Assembly: GCA_017499595.2 (NCBI GenBank)
Contig: CM038999.1
Location: 930,001 to 994,000 of the forward strand
Length of the DNA: 64,000 nt
From: Psilocybe cubensis
Taxonomy: Eukaryota
Direction: 5' to 3'
Part shown: positions 10,667 through 23,902 of the stretch, one piece after another
Layout: every line of letters starts with the position of its first letter
Position numbering within the stretch: position 1 is the first letter of the stretch
Position numbers and translations under genes: made by a program
Notes under the pieces: generated by a model
The model's input: the letters and a program-made list of their open reading frames with translations, nothing else
Databases searched by the model: none
Told to the model about the DNA's origin: nothing

Positions 10667-13600
10667 ATGTTTAGCAACCTGCCCGAGTTCTCCCATGAAT
10701 TTGAGTCACCGCCCCCATTGCACGATTTACCGAGGATAATGCCCTTCTTCTTTGTACCGCCCTTGGAAAATAAACCACAAAACCCCATAATGGAACACCT
10801 CGACTTGGAGCGGTTGAACTCGAACTTACCTCACCGGAACCTACAACCAAAACTGCCGCTTCCGGAAGAACTCGCATCGCTGATTTTGGACGACAACAGA
10901 ATTAGAACAGAGGACAATTCATTCAGGCGGGTAGAGGAGTTATGGCGGGCTGCAGCTATAAGGAAACTTGGAGTTAAGGTATGATATTTCATTTGGAATA
11001 GGTTTAGTGACGCTTGAATGGATGATTTATGCGATAGAATGGACTGCTTTCATGGGATCGACTGCGCCAAAGTCATTCCACTCGGGCATCCCCCACCCCA
11101 TTTCTGTCTGAACAAAGCAATGATGTATCTTCGTCAGTGAGATTCCAGTGAGTCCATTTAATCTCCTGTCAATTGTTATCTCATTATTATTAGTATTCAG
11201 CCTAAGCTATACAACCCCGCTGAAAACACGATACATGTGACGCAAAAAGAGTTACTCCTGAACTTGAAAATGACTGTTCTTGGGATTTCATCTCAATATC
11301 ACATCTGGGAACCAACAACGGAGCGGTTCGTTCAGATTGGAGGAGGAGGCAGTGACGAAGATAGGAAAAGAGATTTCGTGCTTATTGATGGAGAGGATGA
11401 AGTCGTTAGCCATAGGTGAGTGAAATTTAACTCCTTGCAATAACAACAAATGTAATTTCTTTGTTGTGACAAAGCTTTATCAAAGGATTTTTGAAAATAG
11501 GTACGCTTTTACGTCGGCTAGAGACTTTCTTGTCCACGCTACGCTCAAGGTATTCAGCTTTTTCTTCTTTTTTCCGCTATACATAATTCACTGAATTTCG
11601 CAATCTGATTTGTAGGTCCGCGAAGGAGGGCCCTACAATACATTCTCTATCCCATTCACTCTCCACCATACTTGACTACCTCCGGGAAGTTCTTTCTAGA
11701 TGTCAACCCAGCAATGATCAGATTATGGCCGACAATAAAATCTATCCGTTGTTGAATATTTGGAGTCACTATGAAATTTACGAAGAAATATTACATGCGC
11801 TATCGCAGCTTTTTGGCAGAGTAAGCGCATCCATTTTACTCTACACAAATTATAACGCATTGATGTTCATGGTTTGTTAGAATTACCAGCTCGCTCCGAA
11901 GGATTACCCTCCCTTTAATTTGGATCCTGTACCGCTACTATCGCACATATATGATCACGTCAACCAACACTTCGAGCGTCAATCATCTAGCCTTATTCGT
12001 GCCATATTAAGCTATATGCTGACAATTACATCTCAAGAGTACCTACAAGAGGTCGCACGCTCAGTTGGTTTTGGCGGTCGACTCCCTGAAAGTAGGTTAA
12101 AATCGGCAAGGAAACTCAAGGATGACCATAACTTCGAATTGGACGACGATGACAATGACGAAGAAGAGGATATTTTCGACCTCCTTGATAAGATCGAAAC
12201 ATCGTTCCCGAATTTTTTTCCCCAACGAATGCTCAATTTGTTACCTGCATCTCAGAAGTCTCTCGTCCTTCTGCAAATCGCGAAGCCCGATCATTTTTTA
12301 TTGACATCATCTGCGAAAGCCTTCTCCGTCCGATGGTTCTGGTCAGCGAAAGAAATCCTGGCGTCATGGCATCGAACACCCTTATCACGAAGACCGTCTA
12401 TAACACACTCTCCTCCAAATATCTTCCCTTCTACTTCACCTTCTAAGCCTAACATCCCGGATTTTCGTATTTTTGATCTCGAACCAGGAACCACTACTAC
12501 GCCCAATCCCTCTATTCAAGTCAAGAATGAATCCTTTACAGTGCTTTCGAGGTTTATCCAAAGCTTTCCTGAAGAGCTCCCCTCTTTAGTACCGACATTT
12601 TCTGAACTCACATCGCTGGTGTTCCGAGATTTGACAGAACACTCTGCGAAGCTCTCTTCATCCTTGTTATCTCTCATCATCGACGAACCAGGGAATCTGA
12701 ACTTTCATTCACACCTCGTCATACTCCGATCATATCTTCTAGTAGCAGCACCTTCATTCAAGTCACGCTTATTGAATGCACTTTTCTCCGATGCGGGTGA
12801 ATATGAACTGGGAGGCTCATCAGCGCACTCAATCTCAGTCAGACATCATTCAAGAAAAACATCGAAGAATGCAGGCCAGCAACCGTGGGCTGTGGGTTTA
12901 TCTCCGAATCTACTCGAACGTGAGATGTGGCCACCTGTTGGAGCAGACCTTAGCTTTTTCTTGCGAACGGTAATCGTTGACTCCCTGGACAAAGGAAAAG
13001 AAACAGAAGATGGAAAGATGGAGCGAGAGCAGGTTGTGGAAGAGGCTGGGTGGAGGCTCGGTTTTGCCATCCGCGATTTACCGACTGGGTCGGGACGCGA
13101 TAAATGGCTGGACCCTTTGAGTGAGTCCAGTTGACTCTTGGTACTTTTCCCTGTCACTTATTCGCCTTTCTCTAGGTATTGAGTGCGTACGGTACACCTT
13201 TGAGATTATCATGTCTTTCTAAATGACTTGTCAAGGGCGCTCGACTTTCTGTATATGGATTATAAACCACCACATTTGATGGAAATTCTGATATCCCCTG
13301 ACATTCTCGCGAAATATCAGAGGATGTTCACATTCATAATGAGGATCTTCCGAGGTATATTTCTTCTTCCATTTGCGTAGTGTGTTTGATAGGTTGATTT
13401 GGATTCCAGTTGAAAGCGCGTTGAAGTCCTTGTTCAGGATGTCCACACACCGAAATATTGCAATTACCCTTTTCCCGACATTATCCCAATCGAGAAAACT
13501 GCTCCTACACTTCCGTTTTGTATCCCAAGCCTTCGTATCAAGTCTTTCAGGCTATGTATTTGACACTGCTATCGGCGGCAATTTCGACCCCTTTTTAGCC

Positions 13601-14140
13601 CAGCTTTCTGGACAGCATTTGGAAACCGAACTTTCCCATGACGCAGATCCAGCAGTACAGGGCGCTAAGTTCAACGACGTTTTTGAACTATCCCAGCGAC
13701 ATTCTGCTCTATTGGATGATGTACTTAGTGCATGCCTTTTGAGGTCTGGTCAAAGAGGCGTAGGAGATTTGCTTCGCCATTGCCTAGAGTTGGTGTTGGA
13801 ATTCACCATTGTCGTTGGAGAGTTGCATCGAGGGCGTATTGAGGAGTATCAAGCTGCACCGATGATTGAAGAACTATTCAAGAAGTATTGTACTAAGATG
13901 ACTATGCTCGTAAGTCCTGTTTGATGTCAGTAGACATGGCATAAATAACGAATCACACAGACGAAAGTCCTAAAAGGTCTAGTTGATAAAGGCTCGACAT
14001 CCTCAAGTTTGCCTTTCGCCACCTACCTGCATGGCAGCCATGCTCCTACTGGAGGCTTGGAAGCATTGTATCATCTATTGGTCCGCATTGATCTCACCAG
14101 TTGGTGGAGCAACCACAACAACCTTTCCGCCAGAAGATAA
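10667..14140 (+). CDS. Gamma-tubulin complex component (Spc97/Spc98 family, most like GCP6/Alp16), multi-exon
   Basis: About 9 exons splice in frame. The C-terminal half resembles the GRIP2 domain: HLVILRSYLL, ALDFLYMDYKPP, ILAKYQRMFTFIMRIFR, HSALLDDVLSACLL and terminal LLVRIDL. Confidence 0.7.
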
Positions 14141-14215
14141 AGCGGTCCTTTAATCAGGTATACATATTTCACAGCTATATAAATATCATAAATAACATCC
14201 TCAGACTAAGTCAGG

Positions 14216-16966
14216 TTAGAATATATCTTTCATTTTATCTAGATCTGCAATCAGTCTTTCCGAACCATGCTCACCATCGTTGAGTTCTGCAAATTTCCTC
14301 AAGACCGTCTCGACACTCTTCCAGATACGTTCATGTGGTCGAGCTTGACACAGAAGCAACAAAGATGGCACCCAGATTTCCGCTATTTCTTCCAACCACC
14401 ATCGACGCGCGTCTATGACTGCGATAAGAATTATGAAGAAATCAGACTGAAATATTGCATCGAATTGCTTCTCGATAGCCGGTGGGTGAGATGGGCAAAG
14501 CGTTCCCACTGTGGAGGATGAGGCGCTACTATGAATGAATATACACAATGTGCGTATACATTCTATTTGAAGGCGGCGACTGTCGGTTTCACCTGCGTGT
14601 GCCGAACGAAGTAACGCTGGGACTCCATTTTCTTCTGCGAAACTACGTACAACCGAGCTGGGACAGTTTGTGAGGAGTCGTTCTAACAGACGTATGGAGG
14701 ATATGGCGATGTTTACGTCATTTGAATTAGCCAGCGTTTGAACCAGGGTTTTGACGAATAATGGATGTTGGTCTTCCGTGATTTTTACAGGTGGGTAGAG
14801 TATCTGCAGGATATCGGCAAGAACGGAATCTGGTACGACACCTACGCCGACTCGGCCTTCGAGGTAAAGTTTCGACAAGCCTTGCCTCGCTATGTCTTTT
14901 ACGTGAGTTGGGAAATATTCCGACATAAACGCAGGGGCAGCAAGACGAGAGAATTCTGTGACTGTGAAATCCAGTAACTCGCCTTCAACACCAAAGCGGC
15001 ATGGATCACGGATAATAGCAGCCAGCGATGGAATGGCTATTTTGTGAAAATTAAAATATCTCTTTTTCTCGTCCCAGAGGGAAACCGCGTTTACTTCTCC
15101 GACAGTCAGCGAATGCAAAATTGCAGCTATTGTTGTGTGGTTCTGTGAACCAGATTGATCGGTCGCTCGTTGCAGCAGTTGGAGAAGAATAGGGACAGAT
15201 TTGGCAGTGATATCGTTGACCACTGCTTTATGCAGCTCCCAGCTCAATGTGCACTCAAGGAATGTTTCAAGAAGCCACCGTTGACTTAGTTCGCTATATT
15301 TCTGGTCACCTATGGCCAGTTGGCTCAGATGAGAGAGAAGGGAGAGATGGGAACTTCGAGATTCCGGGGAATCCAGTGCCCAGGTGCAGGTTGCAATGGC
15401 ATTTATGTGCAGGTCAGTCGATCCGTCCCGAAGTGTGTGAAGAGGTCTCCGAAGGTCTTGTGGCCATGTATGGGATGTTCCGTGTGTTAGTCGGATCCAT
15501 GCTCGACAGTACCCTTCTGCACTTTCGGCGTCCGCGACATGCCACTGGCTATCAAAGGAAATATCACGGCGAAAACAGTTGTTGAAATGTTGTAGAACCA
15601 TTGGTATGGCACCGGCTTCGCGAAGGACGTGAAAGGCAGCAAAATCATAGGGAAGTCCTCCGATGGATTTTAGTGTGGCTGCAATGATATCGTCGTTCGT
15701 ACATTGTTGTAATAACCATACGAGGCAGTGCGCGTCCATGTCGTCATCAGAACTTGGAGTTATATGGCCTATGACAGTGCGTCTACGCCAAATAGAATGA
15801 GTATTCGAACCTAGTTGGGTAGTATAAATTCCTCACGCGGCTCGAATGGGCAGGATTGCGGTCCTTTCAAGATCAAGTAACTTTGTGGGGCCGTCGTATC
15901 GTGTCACCCAGCGGCGTAGCTCCTCAGATATGGGATGCTGATATGGGCAATCCGGATTCGTCAAAGACATCCACATTGATCCAGCATAGAATATGTAAGC
16001 CAGAGCAACGATAGTAAATGTGGCAATGACTATGCCCAAGTCTCCAGACCACAATAACATTATGATTCCAGCAAAAAATAGGAGTAAAGCAATATGAAGT
16101 AGCATAGGTAAAGCATTGATGACAAAAAAGACGTGCCAATTTTGCAGTTGGAGGTATCGCTGCTGGCGTCTGCGCGCGCGGTAGCGAGGAGACCCCGATA
16201 CATTTGGTATGGGCTGTATCCACTGTTTGGCCAGCATTGATACCAAGGCAGCCGAGAGACTGAAAGATAGCGCCGCAAACCACAAACCGTTAACCCATCG
16301 TATCTGAGAAGCAGAAGGAGAGTTGGATCCTGGTGGAGTTGGGATACTGATATTTGTATCGCTAATATTCAACGAGGAACTACGAAGATCTGAGATAAGT
16401 GTCAAAAGGAGGGCATTGGTTGTATCCGATGGGCTAGGCAGCATCTGTTGGTAGGACTGAATGATAAAAGTGGTCAAAACCGCTGAGAATAATCCCGTCT
16501 TAGGGGTATATTCTTATTCTATCGGTCGCATTTGGATTCTTACAAGTTTTACAACTCACAAAAACAAGGAGAACGTCGATTCCCCGGTTACATCCGTCTA
16601 TGACAGCGGCATCTACTTTGGCTGACTCGTCGTTGTATATATACCAGATTTGTGCATGTTCTCCGGCTTCGGAACCATGCTCGTCCCAATGATTGAGGTC
16701 TGTTCCAAATCCTTTAGATAATTGTATCTAATTGGTGAACAGTCAAAATAACATAAGAACACATATGATACTCACTATGTTCGTCACTATCAGCAAATTG
16801 AGAAAAAGTGTATTGAGGTGCTGGACTAGCGGTGTAGTAAGTTTGCTGGATCCATCGGTGCAAAGAACAAAGATGGTCATTGCGCAAGTCAATATATAAG
16901 CCAGGTGTTAACTCTCACCCAGGAGCTACTGGGGTTAAGCATTCTTTTAAGGGGAACCTTATGCAT
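14216..16966 (-). CDS. DUF6535-type membrane protein with long alpha-helical (ARM-like) C-terminal region, multi-exon
   Basis: Family-typical string QIWYIYNDES..IDVLLVF|TGLFSAVLTTFIIQSY..WVNGLWFAALSFSLSAALVSMLAKQW..LPMLLHIALLLFFAG..CPYQHP, plus a 507-aa helical final exon. The start codon at 16966 is tentative. Confidence 0.8.
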
Positions 16967-17220
16967 GAATTTGCTATCTGCCATTTTGCTCATCAAAGAG
17001 AAGTTTAACGTTCTGCTCCACTCCGTGTTACTAAGGGACTCGCAAACCAACAGTACATTAAGGGATTTAACACACTTTAGAAAATTGGTCGGAGATTCCG
17101 GCTATTTGCGTTTATGAACCAACAATGATCAGTATCAGACAAGTTTGCAGCATCGGACAAGATTGAGTGTTCGTGGATGAGAGAGAGTTTTGTTGGTGGC
17201 GGAACCATGAATCGACAATC

Positions 17221-17600
17221 CACGTGACTACCATTCAAAACTCCCACAACTTCAAGACTTCAAGAAGGATTTGTATTGTAATGGATTATTCTATACACAC
17301 TGATGGTTATTATAGGAAGGAATGGACAAGAATAGATGGGTGACACAACAAGAAAACATTGTGAAAACATGTCCAAGAAAATAAGGCGATGAAAGCATTC
17401 CAGTGGCTCCAAATTTGAGTAGTTTGTTTTATTTCTTAGGGTTGGGATTAGGTAGTTGAGGGTTGGGTGTAGGGGTTAGGGGTTAGGGATTAGGGATTAG
17501 GGATTAGGGATTAGGGATTAGGGTTGTTGAGTATATGTACAAAGCGCGCGAGAGCGCGCGCGATGTACATTGAGACGCGACATGACAAGGTAGTCACGTG
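17221..17600. mobile_element. Putative MITE-like element bounded by a 12-bp perfect inverted repeat
   Basis: CACGTGACTACC at 17221-17232 and its exact reverse complement GGTAGTCACGTG at 17589-17600. The interior is non-coding. No target-site duplication is evident. Confidence 0.45.
17437..17523 (+). repeat. Interstitial telomere-like repeat: TTAGGGG, 5 x TTAGGGA, TTAGGG, preceded by degenerate units
   Basis: Read directly: TTAGGGG at 17476-17482, TTAGGGA x5 at 17483-17517, TTAGGG at 17518-17523. Degenerate TTAGGG/TTGGG units start at 17437. Confidence 0.9.
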
Positions 17601-18555
17601 ACTCTGTCCGGCGGATGTCGGGCGGACACGCGGACACCCATTCGGTCTCACTAATTCAGCTTGGCTCGATGGGCTCTCTGAACTGCACTCTTGCTACCAT
17701 CATTCATGAAATTCCTTTCGACGAGGTGTCCTTGCTTTCCTCACTATATTTCTCTAACATCACCCGCCTGTGCTCCAGGTTTATTTTCGGACAACATGTT
17801 TCCAACGTTGACGAAGTGGGCACTGATAATAGTAGCATTGCACTGATCAGTGATATACACGGCCACCCACGAAATCAGCACAATCTCCGGAACAACGTTA
17901 GCCTGTTTGCTAAAGTGTCACTCGCAGCAGCAAGTTACCCTTTGCAATGTACCATTTCCTCCGATCTGCCCTCTCTTCGGGACAATATTGACTCCTTTAG
18001 GCCATACGACGCAACTAACGGATGTTATAATAGATCTAGTGGACAGTTCGTGAGATAGTGCTCAGGTAATAGTATTAACGGACATTAAATCTAACCTAAG
18101 CTAGCAGTGATAACTTGTGCTGGCAATCCGATAACCCATCAGTGTACATCATGTCGCGCTGATGGTGTCCGATTTACCTGTAAAGAGAGGCATAGAAGAT
18201 ATATACTACGAAAATTACTGGAGTAGGTGTCCTTCATGCTGTAATCCAACGACTGTTTTTAAATGACCGTTTGTTCAAAGATTTATAAATTTATCAGTGA
18301 TTCCAATACACACTGCCGCGCCAGCTGCCGCGCCCACCTGTCTTTATCAACATTCTCAACATACCAGGTGCACAAGTCCACTGGATGTCGTGTGTACATT
18401 GATCAAAGAAGCCCCACACAAATATGTGGGTCTAAGATGGTTGTAGATGATCGGAGATTGGTCCATTCGGCATTCTGTATTCTGAACAGATATAAAGGAG
18501 GCGAAGCGATTAGATTCCTTAACCGACCACTACTTCCTGCTACTCCAACAAAGAT

Positions 18556-20992
18556 ATGGAAAGGGCCAAGAAAGGACTCAAGGGCATAGTTGATGGAGTT
18601 TCCAAGATGGAGCTCAACGATGCCAAACGCAAAGGGAAACGATTCCGTGAAAGACTGGCCAAGCAACAAGCCACTGGAGAATCTTTACCGCATGCTAAAG
18701 CCGGCCTTATTGTCTCCGAGCAGCTCGATAATGCTCTCAAACAGTGCGTCGCAGAGGTAGAAAGCATCATCCAACGATGCCGCGCTACAAACCGTAAATT
18801 CAGGTAACCGCCGGCATTACTTATTTTCAGTCGTATAAAAGATACATTGATCTATCTGATAGGGACATCGAGTTTGATCTAGAGAAGGATCAAGAACAGT
18901 GCCGATTCGGGCTTCCGGGAGAAGACGAAATTATTGTACCTAGGCCCCGAGTAGCTGTGAAGCGCGTCACAGAAATATTCGACAATCCAGTGTTTTTTGG
19001 ACCGAACGGACCCAAAGCAAGTGCTGTACGCCAAGGCAGTCTGGGCGATTGTTGGTTTTTGGCAGCATTATCCGCAATTGCTACAGTCGACTCGGGCGCT
19101 CTGTTGCGGAAGCTATGTGTAGCTGTAAGTTTGAATAACTGTTTTATGATACTCCAAAGTCTAATTGACTTTAGCATAACGAAGAGGTCGGTGTATACGG
19201 CTTCATATTTTTCCGCGACTGCTATTGGCAGTCAGTCATTGTCGATGAGTACGATTATTTTCTAAAGCATTGGCACCTACTGATGCGTTTTGTTCTTCTT
19301 TATTATAGTTTCCTTCTTTGGTCTATGCCCAAATTTGATGAGCTAAAAGAAGAGGAAAAACGCCTATACCACTATAATCGCGAAAACTATCATAACGTTG
19401 TTGAGAAAAGTGGTCAAGGTCTTCTATACGCACGCTCTGGGACAGTGGGGGAGACTTGGGTTCCCCTCATTGAGAAGGCATATGCTAAGCTCCACGGAGA
19501 CTACGCCTCTCTTGACGGAGGCTTTTTGGCCGATGCCATTGAGGACCTTACTGGGTATTGTTATATCACCATCATCTTTGGTTGAGGTTTGATATTTATT
19601 TGCATAGGGGAGTCGCAACCTCGTTCCAAACGGCTGATCTTCTCAGTCAAGACAAGTTTTGGCGCAACGAACTTCAACACAATGAACTTCATATGCGCTT
19701 GTTTGGCGTGTCTCTCGATCTTGATGAAACTCACAGCCAGCGCAGCGACCTCCAGATTCAAGGGCTTCTCCCTGGACATGCATACTCGGTTATGCGCGTT
19801 CACGAGTGTCGCGGCAAGCGATTTGTTGTGGTGCGTAATCCATGGGGGGAGAGTGAGTGGACGGGAGCATGGGGAGACGGGTCGAAGGAATGGACCAACG
19901 AATGGCTTTCTGCACTCCCAGAACTTGGGCATTCATTCGGAAACGACGGCCAGTTCTTGATGGAGTGTGAGTCTGCGTTTTTTGGCGGCAAAAAGAGTCT
20001 CATAATATTTTGATTTTTGTAGACAAGGACTTCTTAACTGTGTTTTCTCAGATCGACAGGGCCACTATATTCGACCCTAGCTGGAGCATGTCCTGGTATT
20101 GGATAAGTATTTCGCCTCAACCGTTGACACGTTTATGGCTCTATGGAGACATCCAATGTAAGAGTCGTATGCCCGCCCTCAGCGCTGAGTCTAACTGTAT
20201 CCTCAGTCCATTTATCGGTTGATCGGGATACCCCTGCCGTTCTCGTCCTCTCTCAGATAGACACCCGATACTTCCGTAACATGCAGGACACCGAATGGCA
20301 CCTGGATTTCATTGTCCACAGAATCGAAAATTCGGCACTTTCAAAACCCCTTGCTACTTCTGGTATTAGCTTAGGGAGCAGGAGAAGCGTCTCCTGCGAA
20401 TTGACGCTCGAAGAGGGAGAATACGTCATTTTAGTAAGGGTCATTTAAACTGGAGTCACACATGATATAAGACTGATTTATTTATCGCTCTAGCCTAGGA
20501 TTGAAGCTGCTTACAGCTTTATTACACGCAAAAGAAATCGTGTTCTAAAGGAAATGAGCATGTCGTGGGCTAGGGTGTTACCTCAAAGTAAATGATTTTG
20601 AATCGGTGAATGTAACTATGCTTACTTCTCGATTGCACTTCTACAGGCGACGATGAAGAAGAAAAGATGGAAGAGTAAGTTCCGACATACGGCATCATGA
20701 TCTGATATCTGATATTTATGTCAGGGATGTAGCGGAGACGGATCTCCCCACGATAACTCGTCAGCCATCCTTCTTCAGCTCAGAGACACCAGAGGACGAG
20801 GAGAATTCAGAGAATAATGAAGATGAAAAACAAGATGAAGAAGTTCAAGAATCAAAATCGGAAGGTGGAGACGCACCCCCCGCTACGCAAGGCTACATAC
20901 AGGTCACTACACCGCCTCTGTTCTTGGGTATGCGAGTGTATACCCAAAATGGGGCGGTAGCAAAGGTCTTTGGCAGGGCCATGGATTATTAA
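18556..20992 (+). CDS. Calpain-family cysteine protease (peptidase C2, CysPc + domain III), about 10 exons
   Basis: Catalytic triad motifs QGSLGDCWFLAALS, GHAYSV and RNPWG; also WVPLIEKAYAKLHGDY and IEDLTG. Acidic C-terminal linker. No MIT domain is visible, so this is not PalB/Rim13. Confidence 0.92.
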
Positions 20993-21253
20993 CACCCCCA
21001 TGAATAGCAAGGTTCCCGTTATATTGACAACAGATAAGGTCATCTTTCCTCGACGGGGTCGTTCCCCTTTCATGTATTCCTGCCTCCGAGTTTCTCTTGA
21101 TGTAGTTCGAAAGGATCAAATATCCGTGCTGTTATATCCCCGATGGTATATAGGCGACATGACAATCGAAGTTTAAAATGATATCATTATTATTGACGGT
21201 ATCAACGTCATATAGTGGGTGTATGCTGGTGATTGGTTTCTCCCTTACACATC

Positions 21254-22450
21254 TTAGCAAGTGCTCGTATAACCCGTGTAGAGGTCAATCGACCGAATCT
21301 GGTAAATTCCATCTGCGGTGGGAGGACCCATCGACCAATTGACGTCGCCGCTGCTCCATGAATTCCAGATCCAATGTCCAGGGACAGTCGGGGTTGTGCT
21401 CTACGACAGTAAAACACATTGACTATTAGAAAGTGGTACCAGGAAGCTCACAGCTGACTTACGGGTTCCGCATGTTGAGCGACTCGCACACCATCGATGT
21501 AGAAGTTTGTCGTAGTTCCAAACCACTGAAAGAAACTCTGTGTTATGGTAGAATAGATTGCAGGAAACATAAAATGCTCACATCAATACGATATTCTATT
21601 TAAGACAGTTATATGTTAACTCAAATTCTCAAGCACGATAGGCTTACCATGATAATCGGTCCTAGGATCAAAGGTAAACGGAATAGTGCTGACGGTATTG
21701 ATCCTCGATCCTGTGTTATTCTTGATCCTTGTTTGATTATCGTGCATTCCATCTACAAATTTCATGCCACGTACATAATTAGTCGCCCAAATTCCAGGAG
21801 GAACCAGGGGATTATTAGAGGAAAATATCGTGGTGGTGAGAATCTCAAAATCTATTTCTTGAGCGCCCGTAGCAACGTCCACTACGCCGATCCCGCTCGC
21901 TAGTCAGCCTTGCTATCCACGATGCACAAAACAAATCAAGGCTTACAATAGAAGAAATTCCCTTCCACTATACCCGGCGTGGCTGTAGATTTCAAAACAG
22001 TTCGCACAGAGGCATACATGAAAACGTCGTTCGTGACGATCTCGCCACTTTGCACTGATCCGGAAGCATAAGCGCTGGTTTTTAATCCCAGGTATCCGTT
22101 TCCAAACGCAACATTCTCAGGAACAAAAGTATGGGTCAGCGGTGTACTTGGAACAGGTCCATAATTGCTGATCCCAATATTGTATGTCCTACACAGTAAA
22201 GTTGAAGGCAGGTTATATGAACAATGCAAGGCACCATCGGCCTGGTGGAAGCATACCCAAGAACGGTTGCTGGATTATCCGAAGGTGTGTTGCTTGAGAA
22301 ATCAGCAAACCTTCGCTGACTAAAGCCACCTGGAATGTTTGGCAAGACATAGGCACAAGCCGCAGGTGTTCTGGACGATTGTTGGAGAACATTAGCTTTG
22401 ACTGCAACCACAGCCAGGACAGCGACAATCAATGATTTGATGAACACCAT
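21254..22450 (-). CDS. Secreted glycoside hydrolase family 16 protein, multi-exon
   Basis: Signal peptide MVFIKSLIVAVLAVVAVKA; SGEIVTNDVFMYASVRT, GIVEGNFFY, catalytic EIDFE, and last exon PGHWIWNSWSSGDVNWSMGPP..STC*. Confidence 0.85.
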
Positions 22451-23902
22451 TTGCGATAGCTGTTTCGGAGGACCTGCTATACTTTAGTAGGGTTTGTTTC
22501 GTGAATTTATTTCAACTAGCGTCCATGTTTTATACCGTTCTTTTGAATCTTTTCTTGTGACGGAGACTAGAATGCTGATCGTTTAGTATACCGACGAAAA
22601 TAGACGGGACGCGATGTTTGTCAATCCGGGGTATGTAGGTCTGGTGCAACTTGTAACAAAAGTATTTCATTTGCTCCAACTTACCAATTTGTTAGTAACT
22701 TCGGTACGAGTCGGAATCACTGTAGCAGTCTTCAAAAAAGCTAGGTTCTAGTTACTGCTTTGCAGCGATTAGTAGCGGCAAGGGGGTTAGGAAATACTAC
22801 AGGAAGATAATCCCCCAGAGGTCAGATGGGAGATCACGGCGACTTGTATTAATAAAGGCAATGCGTGTCCAGACCTATCCCGACATTTTCCCCCAGTTCG
22901 TTATCGAAGTATGGAGAAACTATCTGCGATGTTCTCTGTAAGTTAAGCCAACCATACTCATCCAGTGACCGACTTTGCCAACTTCCCTGTGTCATGTAAA
23001 GATGACAACTCAGGCTCGGAAAGGTATTTCCCGTGCATTATGACTTTACGAACTTCGCGATTATAGGGACCAGGGTTGAGTAGCAATCTAAGTGGGTAAT
23101 CTGGCTGAGGTACACGTAAATACATCCCGAAGAGCTTGAATGTAGCTGGAAGACGTTAATTTAATAATTTAGTGATAATGACCAAAGTATATGACGAACC
23201 AACACCGCCTAGGTGATTACAATGTTCATGCGCCATCTGTCCTCGATGATCAACGAAGGCGCCTGTCAACAGAAATCTGCTTCTTCACGCAGATCAAAGT
23301 CGGGGTTACCAACGACTACAAGACAGGTCATCAATATATTACTCACCAGAGATCATTGATTAATTGCCTATGTGAGGGAACGGACTCGTTGGCTCCTGAT
23401 TTATAAATAAATCCGTCAAGGTATCTAAGCAATTTATTTTTAGATAGAGAATAGGAGTCCTGTCCTGGCGACTCAGAATTTGTAAACGTTTAAGAACAAT
23501 CATAAGCTTACTATACTTCTCCTATGGATCAATACAAAAATTGCAAATTTTGGTTATGTGGGTTCATGGAAAATGTGAGTCAAAGCGTGGAGTCAATAGA
23601 AATTGAATGGAAAGAAAATCTATCACAAAAATTCTCTCATGCCTCCGACGACTTTCACGAAATGTCATCAACCTGGTACACAAAGCAGATGGTGCATGCC
23701 ACTCACCTATCACTCTAGGACAGAAGCGCCATCCGGTGCTCACTGTCAAAACCCACATTGACCTTCCACTAGACCCTTGAATATAAAATGTCCTTCAAAG
23801 CCATGATGGTAAGGTCCCCAGCCCAATCTTCGTTCCTTCCTTCTTTTCTCTCTTTTTTATTAACAATCTTTTCCCTCTTGACGAGGCTTTCTTTTTCAAA
23901 AT

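Noticed and set aside
17437..17523. True chromosome end or telomerase RNA template
   Set aside because: The array is short, internal and flanked by genes on both sides, and nothing else supports a telomerase RNA.
17615..18058. 147-aa ATG ORF next to the telomere-like element
   Set aside because: No transposase or other recognisable motif; cannot be supported as a gene.
18556..20992. PalB/Rim13 pH-signalling calpain
   Set aside because: No MIT domain or PalB-type architecture is visible; it fits the separate fungal calpain-like group.
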